Part shown: positions 13,111-27,655 of the stretch, piece after piece
Layout of the letters: every line of letters starts with the position of its first letter
How positions within the stretch are numbered: position 1 is the first letter of the stretch
Source: Octopus sinensis
Lineage: Eukaryota
Direction of reading: 5' to 3'
DNA length: 59,633 bases
NCBI RefSeq assembly: GCF_006345805.1
Contig: NW_021834661.1
Location: 1-59,633, forward strand
Notes under the pieces: model-generated
Seen by the model: the letters and a program-made list of their open reading frames with translations, nothing else
Database searches by the model: none
Told to the model about the DNA's origin: nothing
Made by a program: the position numbers and the translations under genes

Positions 13111-13490
13111 TACTCTTTACTCTTTTACTTGTTTCAGTCATTTGACTGCGGCCATGCTGGAGCACCGCCTTTAGTCGAGCAAATCGACCCCGGGACTTAT
13201 TCTTTGTAAGCTCAGTACTTATTCTATCGGTCTCTTTTGCCGAACCGCTAGGTGACGGGGACGTAAACACACCAGCATCGGTTGTCAAGCAATGCTAGGG
13301 GGACAAACACAGACACACAAACATACACACATACATATACATATATATACATATATACGACAGGTTTCTTTCAGTTTCCATCTACCAAATCCACTCACAA
13401 GGCATTGGTCGGCCCGGGGCTATAGCAGAAGACACTTGCCCAAGATGCCACGCAGTGGGACTGAACCCGGAACCATGTGGTTGGTTAGCA
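13111..13490 (-). mobile_element. SINE family A copy
   Basis: Full tail, internal microsatellite and B-box region gtgggactgaacccggaacc. Confidence 0.9.
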
Positions 13491-13622
13491 GATATAATAT
13501 AATATAATATATATATATATAACCATTGCTAAATAAATCACCCGTACACGACCGACTCACCGGCCGGACAAGCAGCCAGGAGTAAAATATGATGTCGGAT
13601 CCGTGCACTATCGTGTCTGTCT

Positions 13623-13741
<119 letters not shown>

Positions 13742-13936
13742 CTGTGTGTTGCGTGTGCGTGAGTGAGCAGCAAACTTTTTCCACTCACCGCTTTTCTCAA
13801 TGTCCTGAAGATGGCGTCTTCATCCTGAGATATAAAAATAAAAGGTAAAACTGCAACTTTGTTGTTTACTTTTCAATTTGTAGGTTACTTTGTACCTTCT
13901 CACATTGTTCCGGCTTTACACAACTACATTCTGTAA

Positions 13937-13981
<45 letters not shown>

Positions 13982-14086
13982 AATCAGCTGAGTTTACATG
14001 AAAAAGTGCTCAAGTACAGATAGTTTGTTGTATTCCACTTGTCAAACTGATTTCAAAATTGGGGACCAACTTTTGTATAGATTTAC

Positions 14087-14148
14087 TTCTAATTACCTCC
14101 GGATTGTTCTAGTAAAATTCTAATTACCTCCGGATTGCTCTAGTAAAA
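14087..14148. repeat. 31-bp tandem duplication
   Basis: ttctaattacctccggattg(t/c)tctagtaaaa x2, one mismatch. Confidence 0.95.
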
Positions 14149-14945
14149 CAGAAAGTTCATGTAAAGGTGGCGTATATTTTTTCTATAGTCTGTTTCTTAA
14201 GCTTTCAATTGGAAGAAAAGTAGAAAAAGAAAAACACACAACCAAAACTGACAAACACATATGTCCGTCATATTCGTAGTTGTTCAGCTTTTATCGAAGT
14301 CAGATACTAAATATCAGGTCTAAAAATATATATAGTTTATCGCCAGAGCACTACCTGCAAACTAACAGGAAAAAAAAGAGAAAAAATCTATGTCACTACT
14401 TGCATTCCTAAAGATTATTGCATCTGAAATCTTTTCAATCAACACTTCTGCGGCAGCGAATAAGTTTTGAGCGAATGTACATTTGAAGTGTTATAGAGAA
14501 AAAATATCCAAGTCACCCAGGAGAAACCAAAGAGAAAAGTGAGCTGCTGCAAAACTGAACATTTGTCATTGGCATAAAGTGAAAAGATTCTTAGAACTTT
14601 GGGAAAGTAGAAGCTGAAATTTTTTTATGAATTTATTTTAAATTTTATAACGTACTGAAACAGTAGGGAATATAAACATGCATGCATAAATTCATATAAT
14701 CATACACATATGTGTACGTACACACACACACGCTGATACACACACACACACAGATATACACACGCATATATGTATACATATATTTATATATACATATATG
14801 CATATATATATAAATATATACACATATGTAAACATATATATATATAATACAAATATATGCATACATACATACACATATATATATATATATATGTATGTAT
14901 GTATATATTTAAACACATATATACATACATATATATGTATATTTT

Positions 14946-15242
14946 TATATCCTACTTAACGTGGAAATGCTTTAAAAATGCCATGTTACTGCGGGATTTG
15001 TCTTGAGAAAGAATCTCGTATAGAGATATAGTGCGAAAAAGCAATACATTCGAAATTTCGATACCATGTGGTGATAGCTATTCTGTGCTGCTGATGACGT
15101 GCAAACATACAGAAAGCTTGCGATCTAGCAGTTCTGCAACTGGTGCGGAGTTTTTTCTGTCCGCTACTGAGATTTCTATACGTTTATACAAGACCTGTTC
15201 TCAACACGAATACTGCATGATTATAACGTTAAGTAGGATATA
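14946..15242. mobile_element. Putative MITE (~297 bp) with 17-bp terminal inverted repeats
   Basis: tatatcctacttaacgt (14946-14962) and acgttaagtaggatata (15226-15242) are exact reverse complements. Confidence 0.7.
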
Positions 15243-15363
15243 AAGTTGCTATTCGGTACCAATACTGCTTCTGATGCTAATAACTAACACACACACAGTA
15301 AAACTCTGGGACGATGCAACCGAATAGTCCCCTCCAATAAATTTTCAAGCCTTGTGCTCGAAA

Positions 15364-15365
15364 GG

Positions 15366-15433
<68 letters not shown>

Positions 15434-15435
15434 GG

Positions 15436-15504
<69 letters not shown>

Positions 15505-15515
15505 TATTATTATTC
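15364..15515. repeat. (TTA)n microsatellite forming the 3' tail/target of the R4/Dong-like element
   Basis: ~50 TTA units abutting the element 3' UTR. Confidence 0.95.
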
Positions 15516-18500
15516 AGTAGTTTTATTTTTATAGCGTGCTTTCACTTCACTACCGAGCGCAGCTCTGTGTGCCTTGGGTATGTGCTGTGATTTGTTGTGA
15601 TGCTCTGATGGTTATTGTATGGAAAGTGTTCAGCGTAGGATGTGTGCAGTGCCTAGTAGTGCAATTTTCTGTATGTTATATGTGTTTGTAAGTCCTGGTG
15701 TTTTTGTTATGTATTTGTCTGAATATTTTTTTATCATGCCTAATGCACCTACTATGATAGGAATTGTTTCTGTTTTCAGGTTCCACATTCTAGTTACCTC
15801 TATTTCCAGGTCTTTGTATTTTGAGAGTTTCTCCATTTCTTTTAGAGACACGTTGTCATCTGCCGGTATTGATACATCAATTAGAAAGCATTTTTTTCTT
15901 CATGATCTCTGACAACTATATCTGGTCTGTTGGCCTTAATTTCTCTATCTGTGTGTATCGGCATATCCCAGAGTATGGTTGCTTTCTCGTTTTCTGTGAC
16001 CTTTTCTGGTGTGTGCCTATACCATCTTTTTTCTGTTGTTATTCCATAATGTTGGCATAGCTTCCAATGTATGTAGGTTCCAACTCTGTCATGTCTGTGA
16101 ATATATTCCTTCTTGGCCAGGACTGGGCAGCTAGAGATAATATGATTTATTGTTTCTTGTCCATCTCCACATATTCTGCAGTTACTTGTAATATTTCTTT
16201 TCATTACATGTTATTGGTAATTTCTGGTGGGGAGGCTTTGGTCTTGTGCTGCAATTAAAAATCCCTCTGTTTCTGCTTTGAGTCCTGAGCTTCTCAACCA
16301 TTGCTGGGATTTTTCTTTGTCTATTTCTTTTGCGTTTAGTTTAGTGCAGTATTTACCATGAAGGGGCTTTTCTTGCCATCGTTTTATCATGGCTCGTTGC
16401 TGTTCTATTTTTAGTTTGGATTTCATTTGTTTTATAGCTTTTGTTGTTCTTCATCATCTTCTTCTTCTTCTTTGTGTTTATTAGGTGGTATGATTTCTTG
16501 TTTGTATTTGTCAGCTTCCTTAAATACTGAGAACAGTTTTTTGTTTTTCTCGTGTTTTGCTGCTATCTGGATCAGTTTTCCTTCCTTCTGAAGTAGGTAT
16601 TTTTGCAGTCCTATGGTGGTTATTTTATAGTAGTTTTCCAGCTGTATAAGGCCTCTACCACCTTCTATACGTTGTATATATAGTCTTTCTATGTCAGATT
16701 TTGGGTGATGCATCCTAGATCCTGTCAGTATTTTTCTTGTTTTCCTATCTATTTTGGACAGTTCATTTCGTGTCCAGTTAAGGATATTGTAGCTGTAACT
16801 TATAACTGGGACAGCTAAAGTGTTGATACCTATTATCTTGTTTTTAGCATTGAGCTCTGTTTTTAGTATTGATCTAACTCGTCTATAATATTCTTTTTTT
16901 ATTTTCTCTTTCATTTGTGTGTGTTGTGTCTTATCTAGTTCATGGATTCCTAAGTATTTGTAAGTTTGGCTTTGGTCTAATTCTTTTATTTCATTGGTTT
17001 TATCTAGTGTGATGTTGTTACTCTTAACTAGTTTTCCTCTTTTCATGGTTACTTTGGCGCATTTTTCTAATCCAAATTTCATATCTATTTCTTTGGTAAA
17101 TCCATGAACTGTCTTTAATAGTGTCTCCAGCTGTTTGTCATTGCAGCGTATAGTTTTAGGTCATCCATATATAAAAGGTGGCTGATCGTTTTGCCGTAAC
17201 ATTTATATCCGCATCCAGTTCTATTTAGCATATCAGATAGAGGTGACAGTGCCAAGCAGAAAAGGAGTGGAGAGAGCGTGTCTCCCTGGAATATTCCTCT
17301 TCTAATGGGGATGTCTTTGGTTTTCATGAGTCCCTCTTTTGTTTGGAGGTGTAGGACTGTTTGCCATTTATTCATAGAGTGCTCTATGAATTTTATGATT
17401 GTTGGTGCTACTTTGTTAATGGCTAGTGTTTCGAGGATCCATGTGTGGGGGATGCTATCAAATGCCTTTTGTAGTCAATCCAGGCCATACTGAGGCCTTT
17501 CTTCTTTCTGTGGCTGTCTTCAGTTACGGCTTTATTAATCATTAGTTGATCTTTACAGCCATATGAGCCCTTGCGGCATCCTTTCTGTTCTTCTGGGAAC
17601 AGTTTGTTTTCGTCCAGGTGCTTGTTCAGCCTTTGCTATATCACTGCAGTAAATGCCTTGAACATAGCAGGGAGGCAGGTTATTGGTCTGTAGTTTTCTG
17701 GTTTTGTTGTTTCATTTGATTTGGGAATTAAGATGGTTTTCCCCTTCGTGAGCCATTCAGGCATTGTCTCTGGCTCTGCTAGTATGCTGTTAAAGTTTTC
17801 AGCCAGCTTTTTGTGCATTCCTGTTAGATATTTCAACCAGAAGTTGGGGGTCTTGTCATGCCCAGGTGCCTTCCAGTTGCTTAGTTTTTGCAGTGCCTGG
17901 GTGACCTCTTTAGTTGTTATGGGGGTCCAAAGTTGTTCAGATGCCGAGTTTGTTATTTTCATACTCCTTTTTTTGGCTGTTCGTTCGCCGACCATATTTC
18001 TTTCCAGAATTCTTCCAATTCTTCTGCCGTTGGTGCTGCAGTGACTTCTATTTTATTTTTGCCCAGTTCTTGGTAGAACTTTTTGGGGTCGGAGTTGAAC
18101 TTTTTGTTCTGTTCAAAGAAGCGTTGGCGTTTCTCGTACCGGCGGATCCTTTGAGCTTTGGCAAGGATATCTTGCTGCAGCTTTTCTTTTATCTCCGGCA
18201 AATCTTTTTCTGTGATGTTATATTTGCGGAGCATTTTTGTTCTCTTTTTGTTGCTCAGTAGCGTTGCTTGTTTGCTGATTTCATTAAGAATCGACAGGTC
18301 TTTTCTAATTTTTTTAATTTTGTTTTGGATGTTATTTATCCACAGGGTTTGTTTGGGTGGTGGTACTCCTGTTTGGGCGGGTTTGGGTGAGTATCCAGCT
18401 TCTTTTGTGGCTGCAGTGGCTGCTGCGTATATCAAGTCATTTAGTTCAGTGATATCACTTTTTTTGTTTCAGTGGCTAGTTCAGTGACGGCTAGGTTTAT

Positions 18501-19416
18501 GTTGTTTATAATTGGTGTTGTTATTGCGTTTATTTTTATTCTTGGGAGGTATGGTCGGTGGTCCATTTTGAGCTCTGTGGTTTTTAGTTCTTTGATTATT
18601 TTATTTTTTATATTATCATAATCATTAGGCTCCCCTTCGTTGTTTACATCGTGTTTGTTGGGAATGTTGCGTTTGTCTTCGTGTTTTACAGTTTCAGTGT
18701 TTATATTATTGGGCATTGTTGTGTGGCTTCTATCTACATTTTCCTGGTGTATTTTTTCTTTTAAATGTTCTATTTCTATTTCTGATATTTTTTTGGCTTT
18801 GAGAATGTATCTTCGTACGTTAGCTAATTTATTAGGGTTCATTGCTGTATCCAAGTCTATATCTCTATTATTTTCCTTCCATATTTTATATGTATGTGTT
18901 GTTGTATTTTCATTTTGTGGGTAGAGCATTGCTGTGAAGTATGCGTGTAAGATAGAAATGTATTCCTCACGTGTCCATTTACGTCTTTTGGGTTTTAATT
19001 GCGGGACATGAGGTACAACGTCCGGCCCATTATTTTGACGGTCGTCATTTTCGTAGGGTACCGGTCCGTTTATTTCTGTTGTCACATTATTTCGCATGTT
19101 ATTCTTGGGTTGAATAGTATCGGTGGCATTTAATTTCTTCGTAGTTCCTTTGTACATGGTGTTTGAGGTCGGGGATGATCGTGTTGTTCCACGCATGTTT
19201 ACATGTGTTGTGTTAGAGGTGGAGATAATATCGAGTCAAAATACATCATTTCGTTTCGAAAATAGTAATAAATTCCAATTCGTATTACTTACTCGGATAT
19301 AGTCCAATTCTTTGTTAGTAAATCTTTGGCTCCATAGGGTGTCCTTGTTTTCGATGTTTGTGGATATATTTCGGAGCTCTGTATTTTCCTTCTTACATCT
19401 TAAACCTTCTTACATC
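15516..19416 (-). mobile_element. Apparently full-length RLE-type non-LTR retrotransposon, R4/Dong-like, inserted in (TAA)n
   Basis: Single interrupted ORF with RT motifs YRPITCLP, WIDYK(K)AFDSIPH, QGDTLSPLLF, YMDDLKL and FGLEKC; CCHC knuckle CRICGDGQETINHIISSC; RHD; RLE motif RPDIVVRD. TAA repeats on both sides. Confidence 0.92.
15612..19196 (-). pseudogene. RT-RLE polyprotein of the R4/Dong-like element, broken by frameshifts and stops
   Basis: ORF-track pieces 18441-19196, 17959-18435, 17636-17995, 17115-17375, 16432-17082, 16211-16426, 15881-16204 and 15630-15851 are collinear. Confidence 0.9.
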
Positions 19417-19459
<43 letters not shown>

Positions 19460-19905
19460 TGAGCGAGAGAGCAGCACATGCCATCACAGTGGCACTGGGG
19501 TAAAATATACGAATCCCAATATACCTATCATAACTACACATCTAAGGTTACATCAGGCACATGCATCACAACCATATGTGCGCGACATGGTGATCTTCTA
19601 TTAAGATAACCAGCGCATGACCATGCAGGTGGGGCCCAGTTAGAATTTTCATCAGGTTGAGTAACCCATCACGCTCAAAAGTTCTCTGAACAATGTGAAT
19701 TATCCAAACCCCAAAGAGTTCCTCTCAACACATGGCTATGATGCTCCCCCACTATTTCTGCTTGTGATCAGAGATGCACAAATCGTCAGCCACCAAGGAA
19801 CATGCTCAACTGGTTAAAGTCAAACAACTGACAAGCAAATCTGTGGTATTGAGCAGAATATTTGTTGTAGCCCATCTTTTATACCAAGACAAAACAATAT
19901 GCATG
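19460..19905 (-). mobile_element. Non-coding interspersed repeat family G, copy 1, (AAT)n-tailed
   Basis: Homologous to 20117-20672, 42863-43170 and 52835-52940. Ends ...ctctcgctca + (AAT)n on the minus strand. Confidence 0.8.
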
Positions 19906-20116
19906 ATATGAGGTCAGTGCCTGATTATTATTATATATCGTCATCATCAACATCATTATTATATATCATCATCATCATCATCAACATCGTCGTCGTCGTC
20001 GTCGTCATCATCATCATCATCATCATCGTCGTCATCATCGTCATCGTCGTCGTCATCATCATCATCATCATCATCATCATGATCATCATCATTATTATTA
20101 TTATTATTATTATTAT

Positions 20117-20694
20117 TGAGTGAGAGAGCAGTGTATGCCATCAAAGTGACACTAGGGTAAAATATACCAAGCCCAGTATACCCATCATGACTACCTGTCT
20201 GATAAGGGTACACCAGGCACATGCATCACAACCATGTGTGCACAACATGGTGCTCTAATATCAAGACAAACAGCACATGAACTTGCATGTGGGGCCCAGT
20301 TAGAATTTTCTTCTGGTCGAGTAACCCATCCCGCTCAAAAGGTCCATGAATAAGGGTTGTTTCAGGATGTTGAACGAAACACCCATGTTTCCAGAGGTGA
20401 ATTATCCAAACCCCAAAGAATCCCTCTCAACACATGGCTATGATGCTCCCCCACTACTTCTGCTCATGATCAGAGATGCACATATCGTCAGCCACTAAGG
20501 GACGTGCTCAACTGGTTATGGTCAAACAACTGACAAGCAAATCTATGGTATTGAGCAGAATATTTGCTGTAGGCCATCTTTTATACCAAGACAAAACAAT
20601 GTACATGATAACACTTCCAAACAATTAAAATCAGAAGCCACGAGAGCCACTGCCTGGTACTGCATCAGGGCATAGCCACTGCTTGGTACTGCAT
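20117..20694 (-). mobile_element. Repeat family G, copy 2 (longest, ~555 bp) with duplicated 5' 22-mer
   Basis: Aligns end to end with copy 1. gccactgc(c/t)tggtactgcat is repeated at ~20646 and ~20675. Confidence 0.8.
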
Positions 20695-20770
20695 TGTCAT
20701 CATCATCATCATCATCATCATCACCACCACCACCACCACCACCACCACTTCCACTACTACTAATACTACT

Positions 20771-20832
<62 letters not shown>

Positions 20833-20840
20833 TATTATTA

Positions 20841-20891
<51 letters not shown>

Positions 20892-21622
20892 CAAATAAAT
20901 ACACGTTTTCTGATTTTTTTTCTCTAAACAAAAAGTGTGTAACTGAGCACAAAGGATAAAGAAGTACAAAGAGATTGTTTTCTCTCTCTATGTGTTTAAT
21001 TTATTCCACTACATGCTACACGCCATAACAATGACTATAAATCTAGTACAGCCCGGTGTCGTATAATACTGTTCCATTATCCAAAACACCATGTTCAGAG
21101 CATCAATGCTTAATTAAATTCCTTTTACGTACACGCATCATAATCATGTTGAACGCGCACTTAACCGATTTCTAATTAAATGTCTATCAACATATTAATT
21201 ACAAATTACTTTTGTCTAAAAGGCCTTTTGTATAATTCCATTTCATGTTCTTGAATTATTTGAGTCTATCACACGCCTTGAATTATGGAATGGTTACCAG
21301 CCAGGTCAAAGATGAAACGGAATGAAAAGAAAAAACAATGGTGGCTATCAAAAGGCTAATACGGTTAATAATGGAGAGATTTAAAGGAAGTGTCTATTCG
21401 ATGCGAAACTGTTATTTTTCATCGATTTTTATCAATAATAGACACGGGTTGTGTCTGTATGGTAAGAAAGTTGCTTTCTAATCCCATGCTTGCAAGTTCA
21501 GTCCCATTCTGTGGCACCATGCACTGGTGTCTTCTGTAGAGTCAATCTGACCAAAGACTTGTGACCTGCCATGTATGAACAACATCATATAAACGCACAC
21601 ATTTACCTATATATATGCATAC

Positions 21623-21676
<54 letters not shown>

Positions 21677-21809
21677 GTCTGTCTATCTGTCTGTCTGTCT
21701 GTCTGCCTCTCTCTCTTTCTCTCTCCTCCTATGTATGTATGTATGCATATATATATATATATGCATATGTATATGTATATATATATATGTATATATATAT
21801 ATATTACTA

Positions 21810-22050
21810 CGGCACTCAGTCGATTACGACGACGAGGATTCCAGTTGATCCAATCAACGGAAGAGCCTGCTCGTGAAATTAACGTGCAAGTGGCTGAGCA
21901 CTCCACAGACACGTGTACTCTAAACGTAGTTCTCGGGAAGATTCAGCGTGACACAGAGTGTGACAAGGTTGGCCCTTTGAAATACAAATACAACAGAAAC
22001 ATGAAGAAAGTCTGAGAGAAATTTGTGGTGAAAGAGTACAGCGGGGTTCG
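21810..22050 (-). mobile_element. SINE 3' portion related to the tRNA-headed SINEs at 35725-36026 and 45775-46052
   Basis: Shared block gagagaaa(g/t)ttg(t/c)gg(c/t)gaaagagt(a)cagc. Tail ...gtggagtgctcagccacttgcacgttaatttcacgagcagg on the minus strand. Confidence 0.6.
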
Positions 22051-22214
22051 CCACTGCTGTGTGAACAACGGGAGAGAGATGTGACCATCGTCCATCTTCC
22101 TTTTCCTCGCGTGACCATATTCCTTTTCCTACACGACGTCCTAAGGACTGGACGTTTTTTTCTCTCTCTTCTATCTTTTCTCCTTTCAAAGAGAATATTT
22201 CTGCCAGCTTTCAC

Positions 22215-22737
22215 TACTTTCCTCTCGTTCTGGTCTAATGACCCTCCAGAAAGACAGACAAAAGAAAAAGAACGCAGGAAGACAGTTCAAATGGCAACAA
22301 AATTCAACTCTGGTAATCCTTTGTAGCACAGTTAAAAATCATTTGCCGCATAAAAAATAGCAGCAAGAAATTGCTCCAATTCTGGTTGTACTCCAAATTC
22401 TGAAATCCATGAAGTGCACACAGTCACATAAAATCATAAATTTTCGTAGGGACACGCCTCCTGAAACACACACAATTCTCACTAAAAAGCGAGTCTTTTA
22501 GTACGACCACTGGCAAACAAATGTCTGGAACCCAGTGGAGACCCCTGTTCGGAAAAATAATAAACAATACGGACAACAGAGCCCACTGAGCCCCCCAAAA
22601 ACAAATGCCTTACCTGCGGTCGTACTTCAGATGTTCGATTTTTCAACGTCAAACGACGTTACTTTCTCAGCGTAGAAAAACACGTCAACAACTTAGTAGT
22701 AAGGAAGCTACTTACCACACAGCCACTCCTACGTCTA
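22215..22737 (-). mobile_element. SINE-A head (22699-22737) fused to repeat family D (22215-22698)
   Basis: Reverse complement reads atagacgtaggagtggctgtgtggtaagtagcttccttac|tactaagttg..., the same junction offset as 4551/4552. Confidence 0.7.
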
Positions 22738-22773
22738 TATATATACATATATATAATATATATATATATATAG

Positions 22774-22888
<115 letters not shown>

Positions 22889-22920
22889 TATATAATATAT
22901 AATATATGTATATATTATAT

Positions 22921-22967
<47 letters not shown>

Positions 22968-23089
22968 GCGTCTGAGAAGTGCTGAAGATTTTCTATTTTG
23001 GATATATTTGGAGTACTTAGGTCTGCTCAGGACTTAGTGCTTGCTTTTTCCGTGGGTATGAGTAAGTATTTCATTTATGTCTTATGTAT

Positions 23090-23149
23090 TTATCTCTGAG
23101 GAAGGAAAATTCTTATGAATTAACTCTGAAATTGGGACCAATACGGTAA
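23090..23149 (+). ncRNA. Type I hammerhead-like motif in a (TA)n-flanked repeat (22967-23280)
   Basis: TTATCT-CTGAGGA-AGG..AATTC TTAT GAATT..TCT-GAAA-TTGG GA CCAA-TA-CGGTAA. Canonical core, imperfect stem I. Confidence 0.5.
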
Positions 23150-23291
23150 TAACGGAATTTTTAAAAAATTTCTTTCGGCTTGTCTCGAGACGCATAAATT
23201 ATAATGGCTATTGACAATTTTGTCTATTTTCAGCATATTTGGCATTAGAATTTTTCTTTTGCCCTTATTTTATAAGTTATATATATATACG

Positions 23292-23361
<70 letters not shown>

Positions 23362-23803
23362 CCTGTCAAAAATAAATAATTAATATGTGTGCGCGCGGCG
23401 CGTGTGTATGTATAAATACATACTTACATATATACGTACACTACATTAATATTGCCAAATGGTTCATAAAATTTTACCTCTCATCAATGTAGTCCTGGTT
23501 TCAATCTCAGCGCATAGCATCTATGTCATATATCAGTTAAATCACCAGTGTTCACGGTTTCTCTAATCAATCAATTCCAGCTTGGCTAACAACAAATTTT
23601 GTATTTGGGACTGTAATAGCAGAATGGCTGTTCTTTGTGGGTTATGAGCGAATGATTCGCTGTCTGGAGTTGATGAAGCGTAACGAAGCAAAAACGTGTT
23701 AAATTTAACTGTACACTTCCTGATATATGTGTGTGTGTGTGCGCGCGCGTTTTATATGTATTTGTGTGTGTATATGTGTGTGTATACATAAGTATATATA
23801 TGT

Positions 23804-24809
<1,006 letters not shown>

Positions 24810-25129
24810 ATATGTATATATGTATGTATTCATGTATGTATGTGTTTGTGTATGCCTATGTGTCTGTGTATGCCTATGTTTGTCCTTCACTATCGTTTGA
24901 CAACCAGTGTTGTCTTTATGCCCCCGTAACTTAACGGTTCGGCAACAGGGGTCGATGGAATAAGGGCCAAGCTTCACTAATAAGTACTGGGATCGATTCG
25001 TTCGTTAAAAGTCTAGAAGGCAGTGCTCCAGCATGGCTGAAAAAGTTAGATCCACTTTAGGGATTATATAATCCAAAAGATTCCACTGCTTAATCATATA
25101 ATGCGAAAGTACTGAAACATTTTTTCTTT

Positions 25130-25345
25130 TATTCTTTTATTTGTTTCAGTCTTTTGACTGTTCCATGCTGGAGCACCGCCTTTTTTTAGTCGAACAAATC
25201 GACCCGAGGACTTATTCCTTGTAAGCCTGGTACTTATTCTATCGGTTTCTTTTGCCGAACTGCTAAGTTACGGTGACGTGAACAAACCAACATCGGTTGT
25301 CAAGCGATGATGATCGGGACAAGCACAGAGACACAAACATATACA
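25130..25345 (-). mobile_element. SINE family A 3' half
   Basis: ttgtttcagtc...catgctggagcaccgcc...gtacttattctatcggt. Confidence 0.85.
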
Positions 25346-25396
25346 TACACAGACACACTCACACACACACACACACACACGCACACGCAAACTCTT

Positions 25397-25459
<63 letters not shown>

Positions 25460-25464
<5 letters not shown>

Positions 25465-25750
25465 AAAGTGTAAAGGGTAAAGACCCATTCGGTCATGACC
25501 GATCATGGGATTGCGCCTAGAAAATTCCCCTCCAAGGCACAAGTCCGGGCAAGGTTGTTTATGTAAGACCAGCAGTCGCCTATGCATAAAAGCCGCCCCC
25601 TTCCAACTTTCCACGCCAAGGGAAATGCAAAGGCCGATACAGCTTGGCACCAGTGACGTCGGAACTCATTTCTACAGTTGAGTGAACAGGAGCAACGTGA
25701 AATAAAGTATCTTGCTCAAGAACACAACACAAAGCCCAGTCCTGGACTCT
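25460..25750 (-). mobile_element. Another SINE family, with central ttgagcaagatactttatttcacgttgctcc domain
   Basis: Minus-strand B-box-like gagtccagg..., central domain typical of domain-bearing SINEs, tail ggtcatgaccgaatgggtctttaccctttac. Confidence 0.55.
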
Positions 25751-25994
25751 TACACACATACGTACACACACGCGTGCGCGCACATACAAACTCACATAAA
25801 CATGAAGGAATATACACATGCAAATCGAGAGGAGAGAGAGGGAGAGGGAAGGAGAGACAGAGGAAGAGAGTAAGAGACATTGCTTATGAAATCTCGATGC
25901 TCACATACATAAACAGAAAGATATCGTGAGAGAGAGGAAAGGAGAGAAAGAGAAGAGGAGAGAGTGAGAGGGGAAGTGAAATATTACTCATATA

Positions 25995-26409
25995 TATTTA
26001 TTTACTACCCACAAGGGGCTAAACACAGAGGGGACAAACAAGGACAGACAAACGGATTAAGTCGATTACATCAACCCCAGTGCGTAACTGGTACTTATTT
26101 AATCGACCCCGAAAGGATGAAAGGCAAAGTCGACCTCGGCGGAATTTGAACTCAGAACGTAACGACAGACGAAATACCTATTTCTTTATTACCCACAAGG
26201 GGCTAAACACAGAGAGGACAAACAAGGACAGACAAGCGGATTAAGTCGATTATATCGACCACAGTGCGTAACTGGTACTTTATTTATCGACCCAGAAAGG
26301 ATGAAAGGCAAAGTCGACCTCAGCGGAATTTGAACTCAGAACGTAACGGTAGACGAAATACTGCTAAGCATTTCGCCCGGCGCGCTAACGTGTCTGCCAG
26401 CTCGCCGCC
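25995..26409 (-). mobile_element. Young SINE-B with a second body copy joined at ggtatttcgtc
   Basis: Head ggcggcgagctggcagacacgttagc at 26409. Junction gacgaaatacc|tatttcttt at 26178/26179. Confidence 0.9.
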
Positions 26410-26420
26410 TTAACATTACT

Positions 26421-26648
26421 CGCGAGCTGGCAGAAACGTTAGCACGCCGGGCGAAATGCGTGGCCGTATTTCGTCTGCTGTTACGTTCTGAGTTCAAATT
26501 CCGCCGAGGTCGACTTTGCCTTTCATCCTTTCGGGGTTGATAAATTAAGTACCAGTTGCGCACTGGGGTCGATGTAATCGACTTAATCCATTTGTCTGTC
26601 CTTGTTTATCCTCTCTGTGTTTAGCCCCTTGTGGGTAGTAAAGAAATA
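26421..26648 (+). mobile_element. Young SINE-B, head-to-head with the previous copy
   Basis: gcgagctggcagaaacgttagcacgccgggcgaaatg...gagttcaaattccgcc...gtgggtagtaaagaaata. Confidence 0.9.
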
Positions 26649-26711
26649 TATATACAACTATAACTAGAGGCTCACATACATAAACACAGGAAGAGAGAGA
26701 GAGAGAGAGAC

Positions 26712-26744
<33 letters not shown>

Positions 26745-27199
26745 GTGGGAGAGAGAAAGACAGAAAGAGGAAGATAGAGATGTACCCATTCATACAAACA
26801 AGCAAAACGTTCACACACATAAAAGAGAGAGCGGGAGGGAGGGAGAATTATATATCTTAGTAATTGGTCTACTCCATCAGGGATGACCTGGGGTTAAAGA
26901 AGTACCATAGCCTACTACAAGCCAACAAGGGAGTCTCTGCAAAATCATTCGCCTTGCAAGAAATAACAACCAAATCTTCCTCAAATCATGCACGTGCTTG
27001 GGGGAAGTAAAAGACGCGTTGGACGTTGGAACGCACCATATCAAAAGGCGAGATTGTCACGGATGGATCACCAGTATCAAATGTCCCGTATCTGCTCGGT
27101 CAGTGCTTACCTGAGGGCTAAACAATGATCTGAACGAAAACTGCACCAACACCGCTCCCGCCGTCCGCCCCACCATGACCAAGATGACGACACCACCAC

Positions 27200-27213
27200 C
27201 ATCAACAATAACA

Positions 27214-27246
<33 letters not shown>

Positions 27247-27280
27247 GTTACTGTTACTACTACTACAACTACAGCAGCTA

Positions 27281-27315
<35 letters not shown>

Positions 27316-27428
27316 ACTACTACTACTACTACTACAATTACTACAACTACCGCCATCACCAACATCACCACCAAGTCCATCACCATCAGCTACTACTACT
27401 ACTACTTTTACTACTACTACTACTACTT

Positions 27429-27459
<31 letters not shown>

Positions 27460-27609
27460 TACTACTACAACTACTACCATCACCAACATCACTAAGTCCA
27501 TCACCATCAACTACTACTACTATTACTACAATTACTACAGCTACCGCCATCAACATCACCACCAAGTCCATCACTACTACTACTTTTACCACTACTACTA
27601 CTACTACTT

Positions 27610-27655
<46 letters not shown>

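Noticed and set aside
19300-19416. HDV-like ribozyme in the 5' UTR of the R4/Dong-like element
   Set aside because: Only a 5-bp GCTCC/GGAGC pairing was found; I could not build P2/P3/L3 by hand.
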